A stretch of DNA of 35,160 nt, taken from a virus (taxonomy: Duplodnaviria > Caudoviricetes). Positions 17,088 through 26,311 of this stretch are shown in pieces (position 1 is the first letter of the stretch; the number at the start of each line of letters is the position of its first letter). The notes under the pieces were generated by a model. The model was not told the DNA's origin, did no database searches, and was given only the letters and a program-made list of their open reading frames with translations. The position numbers and the translations under genes were made by a program. The stretch is from IMG/VR virus record IMGVR_UViG_3300038314_000589, positions 1 through 35,160 of that record, one strand, 5' to 3'.

Positions 17088-17438
17088 TATTAGAGATAGA
17101 TGCTCCGTTAATAACGGGATGAAACGTCAACAGTTAATGTTGTTTTCATGCCACCGCGAGCTGGAGATTTATCTCTAATAAATTATGGATGGTCACCGAT
17201 GAGCCGAAAGGCAAAATTGCTGAACACCTCTAATAGGTAGTTGCCGTAATAAATCTAGAGTCCTATTAAGTGTTAGACTATAAACATACACGGTTAATAC
17301 TCTGTTTTCTGAAGGACGCCAATGTGCGGTAAAGTTCAGAGCGGAGTAAGGGGCTAACCATCCATAAATATTTGAGGGGACTTGGTATTCCTTTTTAGTG
17401 TCAAGGAATAGCGGGATTGACCGCCCATGCCAAGTCCC
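17088..17438 (+). ncRNA. three tandem multibranched structured RNA elements
   Basis: Closing stems TATTAGAGATAGAT/ATTTATCTCTAATA (17088-17180), TTATGGATGGT/ACCATCCATAA (17183-17367), GGGACTTGG/CCAAGTCCC (17377-17438); no ORF of 60 aa or more in the 382-nt gap. Confidence 0.72.
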
Positions 17439-17468
17439 ATCTAATTATTTAAAGAGAGGAATAACAAT

Positions 17469-17711
17469 ATGAAATATATTGGGAATGATCCCACAATTGA
17501 GTCATTAAAGGAAGTTCTTGCAAGGCTTACAAAATTAACATTAATAGGTGGAGAAGCTACAGATGTAGATTGTCCTGAATGTAATAAAAAGTTAGTAACT
17601 GCTGAATTTGGTGATGCTAATTCAGATATAAGTGTATTGGGACTACAATGCGATGATTGTGGTTATACAGAAGAAATAATACATAAGGAGAGAGAAGATT
17701 ATGGGCTTTGA
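17469..17711 (+). CDS. zinc-ribbon protein
   Basis: CPEC...CDDCG; GAGG RBS. Confidence 0.75.
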   Translation: MKYIGNDPTIESLKEVLARLTKLTLIGGEATDVDCPECNKKLVTAEFGDANSDISVLGLQCDDCGYTEEIIHKEREDYGL

Positions 17712-18201
17712 TATATATGGAGTTAATCCAACAAATGAACATAATGGTGTGTATTTTAGAAATAATGTATGGTGGTGGAGACCATTATGGGAATATGTTT
17801 GCAAGGAATGCAAAGATTTTTTAACAGAAACTGATATGCAAAAAGGAGGAAATAATTCTGGAAAGAAAATATCAAAGACTAAAGCTTTAAAAATAGGTAA
17901 ACGACTTAAATCTTTAATAGCTACTGGTGAAACAGTAATGCATCAAATAAGTAGAGCTGATTATATAAAGAATCTACCGTTAGAAGATTGTGATATATGT
18001 GATGGTACAGGATATAGAAAAGAACCACCACTTACAGGAGCTGGACATAAAAACTGTAATGCTTGTAATAATGAATTTAAACAAGATGATGTACCAATTG
18101 GTAAAAGAAAGCATCGGGATACAAATTATCCATTCAATATAGCAAATGTAGCAGAATTTGCAGAATTTTGTCTACATAGTGGTGGATTTCAGATCTGGTA
18201 A
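17701..18201 (+). CDS. phage protein (MGFD...YFRNNVWWWRPLW...SGGF.IW type) with DnaJ-like zinc finger insert
   Basis: Recognisable N- and C-terminal motifs; CDICDGTG...CNAC; AAGGAG RBS. Confidence 0.75.
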   Translation: MGFDIYGVNPTNEHNGVYFRNNVWWWRPLWEYVCKECKDFLTETDMQKGGNNSGKKISKTKALKIGKRLKSLIATGETVMHQISRADYIKNLPLEDCDICDGTGYRKEPPLTGAGHKNCNACNNEFKQDDVPIGKRKHRDTNYPFNIANVAEFAEFCLHSGGFQIW

Positions 18202-18212
18202 AAGGAGAGAAT

Positions 18213-18410
18213 ATGAAAGAACGATTTATTATATTTAAACTAATACTTGAAATAAAACGTAGGAACTCAGGTAGTTTCAGTTACTTACAGTTATTCAAGT
18301 TAGCCTTGGCCACATTATCAAGAGAGTTAGACTGGATGAACCAGATAGATGAAAAAGACAAAACAGATGTAAGATTTCATACCTCATTTACAGAAGGAGC
18401 ACAAGCATGA
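18213..18410 (+). CDS. hypothetical protein
   Basis: AAGGAG RBS; ATGA overlap with AAA gene. Confidence 0.7.
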   Translation: MKERFIIFKLILEIKRRNSGSFSYLQLFKLALATLSRELDWMNQIDEKDKTDVRFHTSFTEGAQA

Positions 18411-19456
18411 GTGACACAAGTTTGCCAGGAATGGCCCATATAGAAGAACAATTAAAAAAGATGATTGAAGAAAAACTAGCAGAGAGCCAGAGTGGACAAG
18501 GAGTAAGTCCTGAAACAGTTAATGTTGAACAAGCCTCTGCTAATGAATATAGTATAGAGACTAAAGAAGTAGCAAAAGAAGAAGAAGTTACTCCTTATAG
18601 TGAAGGATACTTTGAAAAAGAAATAAAAATACACAGTATTCCAGAAGACAGCGTTGGGCCTATGTTTAGATTTAATGATGAGAATACATTCCATTTTATG
18701 TTAAGAAATATAGCAAGGAAGGAATGGATGCTTGTTATGGGGCCCACAGGATGCGGTAAATCGTACTTAGCAGAGGTTTTAGCTAAAACTGTAGGTCATA
18801 ACCTCATTAAGATTAATTTTGGCGATACAAGCAATCCTAGCGCTAAATTAATGGGTTATACAGCATATACACCAGAGAAGGGTACTCATTTTGTTAAAAG
18901 TGAGTTTATTAGAGCTTTAGAATCAGAAGAACCAACAATGGTGCTTTTAGATGAGGTGACCAGAGATAGAACGCAAGAACTACAGAATATATTAGTACCA
19001 TTATTAGATGGACAGAAACAGTTAGTTCTTGATGAGACAGATCCACCAGAAACAATAAAGATATCAGATAATGTCTACTTTTATGCAACAGCAAACATAG
19101 GTAGACAGTATATAGGTGCTACTTCTACAATAGATAGAGCCTGGAAGGATAGATTTACTGGTGGAATGTATAAATTAAACTATCTTGACCATGATATGGA
19201 AGTAGGTCTATTGTTAAGTAGATTTGATATATCAAAAGAGGATGCCTCTAAAATATGCAAGTTTGCAAATAAACTAAGATCTCTCTATGAAGCAGATGAA
19301 ATAAGTACTCCAGTTTCAACTAGAATGACTTTAGCAGCAGCAAGTATGGTGTATGATGGCGTTGAGTTGCCATTAGCATTAACACACGTAACAAGTCCAT
19401 TCTTTGATAATGAGGACGATAAAGTGAAAATACATCAGGTAATACAATCATCATGA
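18407..19456 (+). CDS. MoxR/CbbQ/CobS-like AAA+ ATPase
   Basis: Walker A GPTGCGKS, Walker B VLLDE, sensor I ATAN, DRA..DRF arginine finger, sensor II STR. Confidence 0.9.
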   Translation: MSDTSLPGMAHIEEQLKKMIEEKLAESQSGQGVSPETVNVEQASANEYSIETKEVAKEEEVTPYSEGYFEKEIKIHSIPEDSVGPMFRFNDENTFHFMLRNIARKEWMLVMGPTGCGKSYLAEVLAKTVGHNLIKINFGDTSNPSAKLMGYTAYTPEKGTHFVKSEFIRALESEEPTMVLLDEVTRDRTQELQNILVPLLDGQKQLVLDETDPPETIKISDNVYFYATANIGRQYIGATSTIDRAWKDRFTGGMYKLNYLDHDMEVGLLLSRFDISKEDASKICKFANKLRSLYEADEISTPVSTRMTLAAASMVYDGVELPLALTHVTSPFFDNEDDKVKIHQVIQSS

Positions 19457-21687
19457 CACAAACAGATCTATTTGATAAAACAGAAGAACTAGTAGTAGGT
19501 GCATCATATAGCCCGTGGTGGAAAAAATGGTATGAAAAGAAGAATACTGGTAGGAAAACTAAAAATAAGGGTTTATCCAGTATGTGGGATCAATATACTC
19601 CACAGTATGGCAATAGAAAGAAAGCAGAGAAATATTTCAAGATATTTGTTAATACTAATAATGTTCTTAAAATATTAGATCCGTTAATAAAACATAGATT
19701 AAAAGTGGATAGTATTGGAAATTATTCGCATAGGTCTAATAATTCTGGTAGAGTAGCAGGATATGCTAATAGAAATACTAAAGTTATTACATTAACGGAA
19801 GGGATTTTAAGATTGCCAAATGCAGATCCAGCTATAGGAGTAGCAATACATGAAAAATTACATTTAATGCATACTCCTGAGGTATCAGAATGGTCTGATC
19901 AGATTATGGAAAAGATATCTCCGCCCAAACAAACAAGAGCTGAGAGAGCAGAAAGTAGAGATACTGGTGTAATTGAAGAATCAAAAGAGATGCTTATGAA
20001 ATCTATTTGGTGGCAATTGCATAATTTACTTGAAGATGAACGTATTGAGAGTAGATTGCATGAGAATTGTCCTGGATATGTAGCTTTTGTTGTAGCTGCA
20101 AAGGATCATTTAATAGGTAAATCATTTGAAGAAATGAAAGTAATAGATTATGGTGAAACACAAAGTGATAGACTTATCTATGCTGTTATGTTATATATCC
20201 GACATAAAAAATCACTTCAAATAATGATTGAAGCTTGGCCCTGGTTAAAAGATAAGCTTCTTAGAATGAAACATAATCTAGATGAATGTTTATCTGCAGC
20301 TAGAGAAAATAACTTAACTGCATATAAATGGTTTTCTCAAGAAGTCTTTTCTGATCTTATTAAAGAACTTACTAATTTACCTGAAAATGAAGGGGATTTT
20401 GCTAATCTTTCAAATAAAATTGTGGCTGATCCTTCTAGAGGTAGAATTAAAGATATGATCAAAGACTTAATGAAAAGATTAAGTGGAGAAGCTACAGATA
20501 GTCAATATAGAAGTGAAGAAGAAGATGAATTAGCTATTGTTAGATCAATAATTGATAGAAATCGTGTTCAAGATAGTATTGGTAATATCATTGCACCTCC
20601 ATCTGATCCACAAGTATCAACCAGGACAAATAATACACTTAAACAAATAGCAAATGAAGCTGGTTATGATATGACTAATGGTGAATATCATTCAGTACAG
20701 ACTCTTAAAAGAGATATGAATGATCCAAATGGTAAAAAGTATCCACCATTGCCTTCAAGAAAATCTCTACAATCATCAATGGTTAAACTCAAAGATGAGG
20801 ATATGAATTATGTAGATATCAAAAAGGCAATTCAAAAACAAACTCAAGATGGAGTAGGCGGATGGTCTGATGATCCATTAATGGATACTATTGTATTAAG
20901 TCCTACCTCTGAAATAACAGATGAAAATAAGGCTAAATATGTCAATATAGTAGCTCAGAACAGTGGCATTATCGGCAAATTAAAACAAGCTATACAATTC
21001 AATGAGAATATTGCTGATATGGATATCAAAAACCAAATCAAAGGTTATATTGATAGAAAGAAACTACATAAAATTCCTATTGGAGATAATAAAATCTTTA
21101 AAAGGACTATTAAGAAAAATAAAAACAGTCTTTGTGTAGGGATTCTTGCTGATGCATCTGGTAGTATGGCTGGTAGCATGGAAATAGTATCATTAGTATC
21201 TATAATATTCTATGAAGCTTTGATACAATCAAATGATACTAAATTATGTGTAATGTCACATACTGCTGATTTATTAAATCAAGGTGTTACAGTAATAACA
21301 GAGTATTATGTTGAGGGGAATGATAATAGTACAGCAATGGCTAATATGAAATCAACAGGATGTAATAGAGACCATGTAGCTATTAGTTATATGGCAGACA
21401 AGCTTAATGAAGTAGCTTTACCTGAATCTAAAAAGATAATCTTTATTATATGTGATGGTAGACCAGCAGCACGGGGTTATGTTGATGAAGATCATGGACT
21501 ATTATGTGTAAGAGAGACAGTAAATCAGCTAAAACAGGAAGGTATTGCGATTATAGCTTTAGGTGTAGGTGATTATATTAAGGAATATCAATTAGAATCT
21601 ATGTATGATCACAGTATTATGGTAAAGGATATAAGAGAATTACCTAAAATGGTAACTACCATAGCTGAGAAAATAGCTCTGACATAA
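19453..21687 (+). CDS. vWA-domain protein with N-terminal HExxH metallopeptidase-like domain (CobT/NorD-like)
   Basis: AIHEKLH and NLLEDERIE; MIDAS DASGSM and ICDGRP; coupled to the AAA gene. Confidence 0.88.
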   Translation: MTQTDLFDKTEELVVGASYSPWWKKWYEKKNTGRKTKNKGLSSMWDQYTPQYGNRKKAEKYFKIFVNTNNVLKILDPLIKHRLKVDSIGNYSHRSNNSGRVAGYANRNTKVITLTEGILRLPNADPAIGVAIHEKLHLMHTPEVSEWSDQIMEKISPPKQTRAERAESRDTGVIEESKEMLMKSIWWQLHNLLEDERIESRLHENCPGYVAFVVAAKDHLIGKSFEEMKVIDYGETQSDRLIYAVMLYIRHKKSLQIMIEAWPWLKDKLLRMKHNLDECLSAARENNLTAYKWFSQEVFSDLIKELTNLPENEGDFANLSNKIVADPSRGRIKDMIKDLMKRLSGEATDSQYRSEEEDELAIVRSIIDRNRVQDSIGNIIAPPSDPQVSTRTNNTLKQIANEAGYDMTNGEYHSVQTLKRDMNDPNGKKYPPLPSRKSLQSSMVKLKDEDMNYVDIKKAIQKQTQDGVGGWSDDPLMDTIVLSPTSEITDENKAKYVNIVAQNSGIIGKLKQAIQFNENIADMDIKNQIKGYIDRKKLHKIPIGDNKIFKRTIKKNKNSLCVGILADASGSMAGSMEIVSLVSIIFYEALIQSNDTKLCVMSHTADLLNQGVTVITEYYVEGNDNSTAMANMKSTGCNRDHVAISYMADKLNEVALPESKKIIFIICDGRPAARGYVDEDHGLLCVRETVNQLKQEGIAIIALGVGDYIKEYQLESMYDHSIMVKDIRELPKMVTTIAEKIALT

Positions 21688-21692
21688 ATGAA

Positions 21693-21910
21693 GATTACCG
21701 TGATATATACTGATTACCGTGACACATCCTGACACATTTGAATCCGTCACTACTGTCGACAAATGGAAATTAGCGGGAGAAGTTCAAAATTAATTTGCAA
21801 TAGTGCAAATTTCTTTGTATCTTATATTAGTTATTAACTCTCTGTGAGAGTTAATAACTAAGTACTTAACACACACTTTGAATAACTTGGGAGACTACCG
21901 TGATAGATAT
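21693..21910. repeat. direct repeats plus perfect inverted repeats upstream of the replication genes
   Basis: GATTACCGTGA at 21693 and 21712, variant GACTACCGTGA at 21893; TGACACAT x2; AATTTGCA-N4-TGCAAATT (21792-21811); perfect 16-bp inverted repeat 21827-21861. Confidence 0.75.
21795..21823 (+). promoter_or_regulatory. sigma70-like promoter for the replication module
   Basis: TTGCAA-17 nt-TATCTT with AT-rich upstream sequence. Confidence 0.55.
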
Positions 21911-22766
21911 TTCAGTAAGAAAAGTTAGTACAGATTGGTCTGAGATGCCTTCAGGATTAACCTGGTATTTTATAGGCCAGCCTAAAACATGGAAAACAAG
22001 TGCAGTTAGCAAATGGAGTAAAGATGGAGCCGATGGAGTATTGTTAATAGATACTGATTTGGGTGCAGACTTTGCAGATTCGGCTAATGTAGTAACAGCA
22101 ACTTGTTTAAATCCACCTGTTGAACCAGTTAAAGTAGATGGTAAAATGGTAGTGGATAAGAATGGCCAGCAAAAGATGAAAGTAATCCCACCTGAAAAGA
22201 GAGGATATTCTTATAGATCTGGTAAAAAGAAAGGTAAGCCTATGGCTGTCTATTCATTGGCAGAGATTTATACCTGGTTAAGTAAAAACTGGGAAGACTT
22301 ACCATATAATGCAATAGCAATTGATACTGTTGACGAAATTAATAAATGGATTGAGACTATTGTATGTAATGAATTGGGTATACAAGCTATGGGTGATGGA
22401 GAATGGGGAGCTGATTGGGGAAGAGCAAGGAAAAAGAATGTAGATCTTATAGTAAGACTACAAAAACTAGTTAAGAAACATGGTGGTGATCTTATTTTAG
22501 TTTCCCACGCTAAACAAACCCAGATAACAGATGGTAAAACACAGTTAAGTCCTGAATTACCAAGAGGTCTTGCTTATAGTTTAACTGCGAAAGCTGATGT
22601 CATAGGCTATTCAACCATTGATAAAGAAGATGGAAAAGCATATGTTTCATTCAAAAGCTATGATGAACGAGCTGTAGGCTCAAGACTAAAACCACTTTCA
22701 CAAGAAAAGGTACCATTTGAGTACGAATCAGTCAGAAAACAGATAATTACATACAAGGAGAAATAG
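21900..22766 (+). CDS. AAA_24 / Sak4-like RecA-fold ATPase (recombinase / annealase)
   Basis: GQPKTWKTS Walker A, LIDTD.G, IAIDTVD Walker B, LVSH, ADVIGY; followed by SSB-like gene; GTG start. Confidence 0.8.
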   Translation: MIDISVRKVSTDWSEMPSGLTWYFIGQPKTWKTSAVSKWSKDGADGVLLIDTDLGADFADSANVVTATCLNPPVEPVKVDGKMVVDKNGQQKMKVIPPEKRGYSYRSGKKKGKPMAVYSLAEIYTWLSKNWEDLPYNAIAIDTVDEINKWIETIVCNELGIQAMGDGEWGADWGRARKKNVDLIVRLQKLVKKHGGDLILVSHAKQTQITDGKTQLSPELPRGLAYSLTAKADVIGYSTIDKEDGKAYVSFKSYDERAVGSRLKPLSQEKVPFEYESVRKQIITYKEK

Positions 22767-22769
22767 ATA

Positions 22770-23426
22770 ATGCCTTTAACATTAGGTAAAACTCAGTTTG
22801 GTCAAAATAGCAATGATAGTTTCGTTGGTGATGCTATATGGATTGAAGAAGCTGAGATTAAAAAAGTAGAAGATGAGTCTGGAAAAGATGTAGAGATGAA
22901 AGATGGTAACACGTTTAGAAATGATCTTCGTGTTAATGTTGAACTAATTCTTACTGGGCCAGGTTGGGAAGCTAACTTTAGCACTGGTGGGAATTTAAAG
23001 AAAGGTACAGGTGGCAAATCTAATTGGGGTGGAGCATTTAAAGTGCGAGACTTTTTTCAGGCTTGCCTGGAAGATAGCGATCTTGAACCAGCCCTTCCAG
23101 AAATGGAAAAGGGAATTATTCCTAAAAACTTACTAGCAAAAGCCGAAGGAAAGAAGGTCTTTGTTCTTAGATACAAAACTAAACAAGGAAAGACCAAAAC
23201 TTGGAATCAAGTAGCATCTACTGATACTGAAAGAACGGATTTTAAAGAATATTTCCAAAATTCAGTATCTAAAGGTTGGACTAGGATTGATTACGATCCT
23301 CATTATAGTTCAAATTCCGAATCTAAACCTAACAATAAGCAAATGAATGGGCCATGGGATAAGAAACCAGAACAAAGCCAACTTAATGTTAGTGGATTAG
23401 ATAGCGAAGACCTTACAACGCTGTAA
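22770..23426 (+). CDS. putative single-stranded DNA-binding protein
   Basis: Position after Sak4-like gene; beta-strand-rich N-terminus; disordered acidic C-tail (LDSEDLTTL). Confidence 0.55.
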   Translation: MPLTLGKTQFGQNSNDSFVGDAIWIEEAEIKKVEDESGKDVEMKDGNTFRNDLRVNVELILTGPGWEANFSTGGNLKKGTGGKSNWGGAFKVRDFFQACLEDSDLEPALPEMEKGIIPKNLLAKAEGKKVFVLRYKTKQGKTKTWNQVASTDTERTDFKEYFQNSVSKGWTRIDYDPHYSSNSESKPNNKQMNGPWDKKPEQSQLNVSGLDSEDLTTL

Positions 23427-23437
23427 ATAGGCAAAGA

Positions 23438-23506
23438 ATAGATCCTGGGCCAAGTTTAACCTACCTCGGCTTGACTACCACCCACGCTAACTTGGCTCAG
23501 GACTAT
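23438..23506 (+). ncRNA. long-stem hairpin with 32-nt C-rich loop
   Basis: TCCTGGGCCAAGTT/AACTTGGCTCAGGA 14 bp (1 G-U) plus ATAG/CTAT; ends just before the primase RBS. Confidence 0.7.
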
Positions 23507-23522
23507 ATTTAAAGGAGAGAAT

Positions 23523-25316
23523 TTGGAAAATAAATATGTAGAACTGGCTGTTGGGAGTCCAGGCAACAGAGGAATTATAGTTCCCGTTAAAGATATAGGT
23601 ACTGAACTAAGCAAATACAATTCAGTACCAGTGTTTAGAAGCTATTATATGGTTGATGATTCAATTTTAAAACATATACAAGGCGGAAGAAGAACTTTAA
23701 GAGGATATAAAGGCGATTATTACCTAGATAGAATCTTATTTGATATTGATAAAGGATCTGACAGTAATGAAGAATGTTTAAATGCTGCCAGAAACTTTTA
23801 TCATATTTTAACTGAAACTCATAGTATTTCTGAAGACTGTATTCATCCCTGGTTTAGTGGGACTGGATATCATATAGTAATTCCTAATATATTTGGCTTT
23901 GAAGCATCTCATGAACTACCCAGAACAGTAAAATACACAGTAAAACATTATTTTCCTGAAGCAGATGCTATTTATGATGGTGCAAGACTTATTAGATTAG
24001 GATTTACACCAAATGAAAAGACGCTTTCACCTAAACTGTATAAAGTGCCTGTAAGTCCAAGAGAATTATTACATGAAGACCACATATATATCATGAAAAA
24101 GGCGGAAAGTGTTAAAAACCTTGAAATGCCAACACGATTCCCTGAATGCGATGTTCTTTTAGATCCAATTGTACCTAAAAAGAAGGAAGTTAAGCCTCAC
24201 GTTCCTATTCAGAATCCAAGTAAGATAGCTACTTGTATACAAACAATGATTGCTGAAGGCCCGATTAAAGGTAGTAGGCATCATAAAGTATTAAGAGTAG
24301 CATCATATATGAAAAGTAAGGGTTTACCTGAACAATTTGTATCAGAAAGTCAAATTGCCTGGGCTACAAACTTAGAAGCAGAAGAGGTAATAAGGCTTGT
24401 ACATGACGTATATAGTGGCGGAGATACTAATAATGGTTATAAATATGGATGCAACGATTGGCTAATGGATAAATATTGTGATTCTAAATGCATTTATTAT
24501 CCAGCAAAACAAGAAGGTGGAGACATATTAATACCTATATTATCCGTAAAAGAGCTTGAAAAGAGAGCTAGATTCAATATAAAGAAGGATTTAACTGATG
24601 TAACTATCAATTTAAATGATTTTTGGGCTTTAGGTAATGACTATTTCATCTTACCTGGCCAGTTAGTAATGATTGGTGGAGAAACAGGCATGGGAAAGAC
24701 TGCATTTGCTCAAAATATATGTATGTTATCTAAAATAAAGACTTTATATTTAACACTTGAAGTAGAACCTGAACTTATTACACGAAGATTCCAACAAATG
24801 GTGCATAATATGAGTGCTAAAGATGTGCTTAAACACTGGAAAGACGATATGAGTGATAAGTTGCATAAAGGTTTAGAACATTTAGATATAGGTTGGTTTC
24901 CACCTAAGCTGCATGAATTAAAAGAACTCGTAGCATACCATGATCCAGCAGTTTTAGTGCTTGATACAATAGATATGGTAAAAGTTAGCAAGTATATTCA
25001 TAACCAAATTGAAAAAATAGATACTATTATTGAAGAAATGAGATCTATAGCTACTAATCAAGATATAATAGTAATGGGTATCTCTCATATTTCCAAATCG
25101 GAAGGAAGATCTGGAATATTAGATGTACACTCATTTAAAGGTAGCAGCACAATAGAGCAAAAGTCAGATAAAGTTATTATGATAGATGGGGTTGCTAATA
25201 GTCCAGCCAGGATGGTAAAAAGTCATAAGTCCAGAGATGAATCAGGGTTTGTTGCAAATCTTATATTCGATCCAAGGACATTCAAATTCAAAGATGAGGT
25301 AAAAAATGGAAGATAA
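23523..25316 (+). CDS. AEP primase(-polymerase) fused to SF4 (DnaB-like) helicase
   Basis: AEP motifs FDID, FSGTGYH, RLIRL; PriCT-like GSRH helix bundle and Cys cluster; helicase GETGMGKT, LTLE, VLDTID, ISH, KGSSTIEQKSD, KSR; TTG start with AAGGAG. Confidence 0.88.
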   Translation: MENKYVELAVGSPGNRGIIVPVKDIGTELSKYNSVPVFRSYYMVDDSILKHIQGGRRTLRGYKGDYYLDRILFDIDKGSDSNEECLNAARNFYHILTETHSISEDCIHPWFSGTGYHIVIPNIFGFEASHELPRTVKYTVKHYFPEADAIYDGARLIRLGFTPNEKTLSPKLYKVPVSPRELLHEDHIYIMKKAESVKNLEMPTRFPECDVLLDPIVPKKKEVKPHVPIQNPSKIATCIQTMIAEGPIKGSRHHKVLRVASYMKSKGLPEQFVSESQIAWATNLEAEEVIRLVHDVYSGGDTNNGYKYGCNDWLMDKYCDSKCIYYPAKQEGGDILIPILSVKELEKRARFNIKKDLTDVTINLNDFWALGNDYFILPGQLVMIGGETGMGKTAFAQNICMLSKIKTLYLTLEVEPELITRRFQQMVHNMSAKDVLKHWKDDMSDKLHKGLEHLDIGWFPPKLHELKELVAYHDPAVLVLDTIDMVKVSKYIHNQIEKIDTIIEEMRSIATNQDIIVMGISHISKSEGRSGILDVHSFKGSSTIEQKSDKVIMIDGVANSPARMVKSHKSRDESGFVANLIFDPRTFKFKDEVKNGR

Positions 25317-25854
25317 GAAGACAACATATGATCTTGTTGGTAATTATATAGATCTTATGACAGAACATGAATTAGGAACATTAAGTGATGAAGAAGTGAA
25401 ATCATTTGATAAAGATATTGCTGATATTGAATCAGAATTAATTCAAAAGAAGGATAATCTTCATTGGGTAATGACTAATTGTGATGAACAAAAGTCATCT
25501 ATAGAGGGTATGATGGATATGCACGATGAAAAGATCCAGAAATTAAGAAAGAAAAGAAATGCTATTCAGAATACTACCAATAGAATCAAAGAGTTGACTA
25601 TGTTAATAGTGGATACACTAGGTAACAATAATAAAAATGGTAATAAATGTATACTGATCAATGGTGAAAAGTATACCAATATTATGGTTAATGGAAGTCT
25701 TGAGCTAAAAGTAGACGAAGAAGACTTACCTGATGAATTTAAAGAATATCACATGAAAGTGAATAAGTCTAAAGTAAGAAAACATGTTATTAAGAAAGGT
25801 GGTGAAACTAATTATGCCAAAGTCGATAAGAAGAGGTCATTAAGAATAACATGA
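25306..25854 (+). CDS. Gp157-like coiled-coil protein
   Basis: YDL...Y..L; L..K.DN; EKI..L..KR.......RIKE; DEEDLP.EF.......K; SLRI C-terminus. Confidence 0.75.
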   Translation: MEDKKTTYDLVGNYIDLMTEHELGTLSDEEVKSFDKDIADIESELIQKKDNLHWVMTNCDEQKSSIEGMMDMHDEKIQKLRKKRNAIQNTTNRIKELTMLIVDTLGNNNKNGNKCILINGEKYTNIMVNGSLELKVDEEDLPDEFKEYHMKVNKSKVRKHVIKKGGETNYAKVDKKRSLRIT

Positions 25855-26054
25855 TGGATCTAATTTTTAGAATAACCAGGGTTTCAGTAAAAGATACACA
25901 TGGCATTAAAATTACTTTACTAAATTGTATCGGTACCAATATATATTTTAATACAGATAGGGGAGAACATATATCCATAGGATTATTTATAGGTTTTATG
26001 GAAATAGCAGTTCAATTATCAATATGGAGGTTAGGATGGCTGAAAACTTCGTGA
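25851..26054 (+). CDS. small hydrophobic protein
   Basis: ATGA overlap; alternating hydrophobic strands. Confidence 0.6.
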   Translation: MMDLIFRITRVSVKDTHGIKITLLNCIGTNIYFNTDRGEHISIGLFIGFMEIAVQLSIWRLGWLKTS

Positions 26055-26311
26055 CAGATGATAAACAAAAGGATCTTATAATTAAAATCCTATTAATTGC
26101 AAGATTTGCCGCAGAGCAATTCAAATTTATGGGAATAGCTAAAGAGTTGGATATCATCTTAAGAGGTGTTTCATTTCAAAAACAAGAAATGGGAGAAAAT
26201 GAAGATATTAAGAAATTATCAAAAGAAGAGTATAATAAATGGATGCAAAAAGAAATACAAAAGTCGCAAGGAACTTTTGTAGCAGGATGTAAAGGAGATG
26301 ACTGTGATTAA
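26036..26311 (+). CDS. hypothetical protein
   Basis: GGAGG RBS gives ATG 26036. Confidence 0.65.
   Translation: MAENFVTDDKQKDLIIKILLIARFAAEQFKFMGIAKELDIILRGVSFQKQEMGENEDIKKLSKEEYNKWMQKEIQKSQGTFVAGCKGDDCD

Noticed and set aside
17196-17216. Hammerhead-like core CCGATGA-GCCGAAAGGC-AAAA
   Set aside because: Differs from CUGAUGA...GAAA at two essential positions, and I found no stem III with an NUH cleavage triplet in register; kept only as a GNRA hairpin.
17210-17358. Fragments resembling a c-di-GMP-I riboswitch (GGCAAA, GGACGC, GGGCTAA) or a group I intron R element (AGACTA)
   Set aside because: Motifs are not in the right spacing or pairing context; no matching S element or interrupted gene.
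17087-17468. tRNA genes in the intergenic gaps
   Set aside because: No cloverleaf with T-loop GTTC(G/A)A and D-loop consensus was found by eye here or in the other gaps.
18407-21687. Cobalamin biosynthesis (cobS/cobT) as auxiliary metabolism
   Set aside because: No cobN or other cob genes; generic MoxR/vWA pairs are common in phages.
21693-21740. Possible mini-CRISPR array
   Set aside because: Repeats are only 8-11 nt with 2-8 nt gaps; no cas genes.
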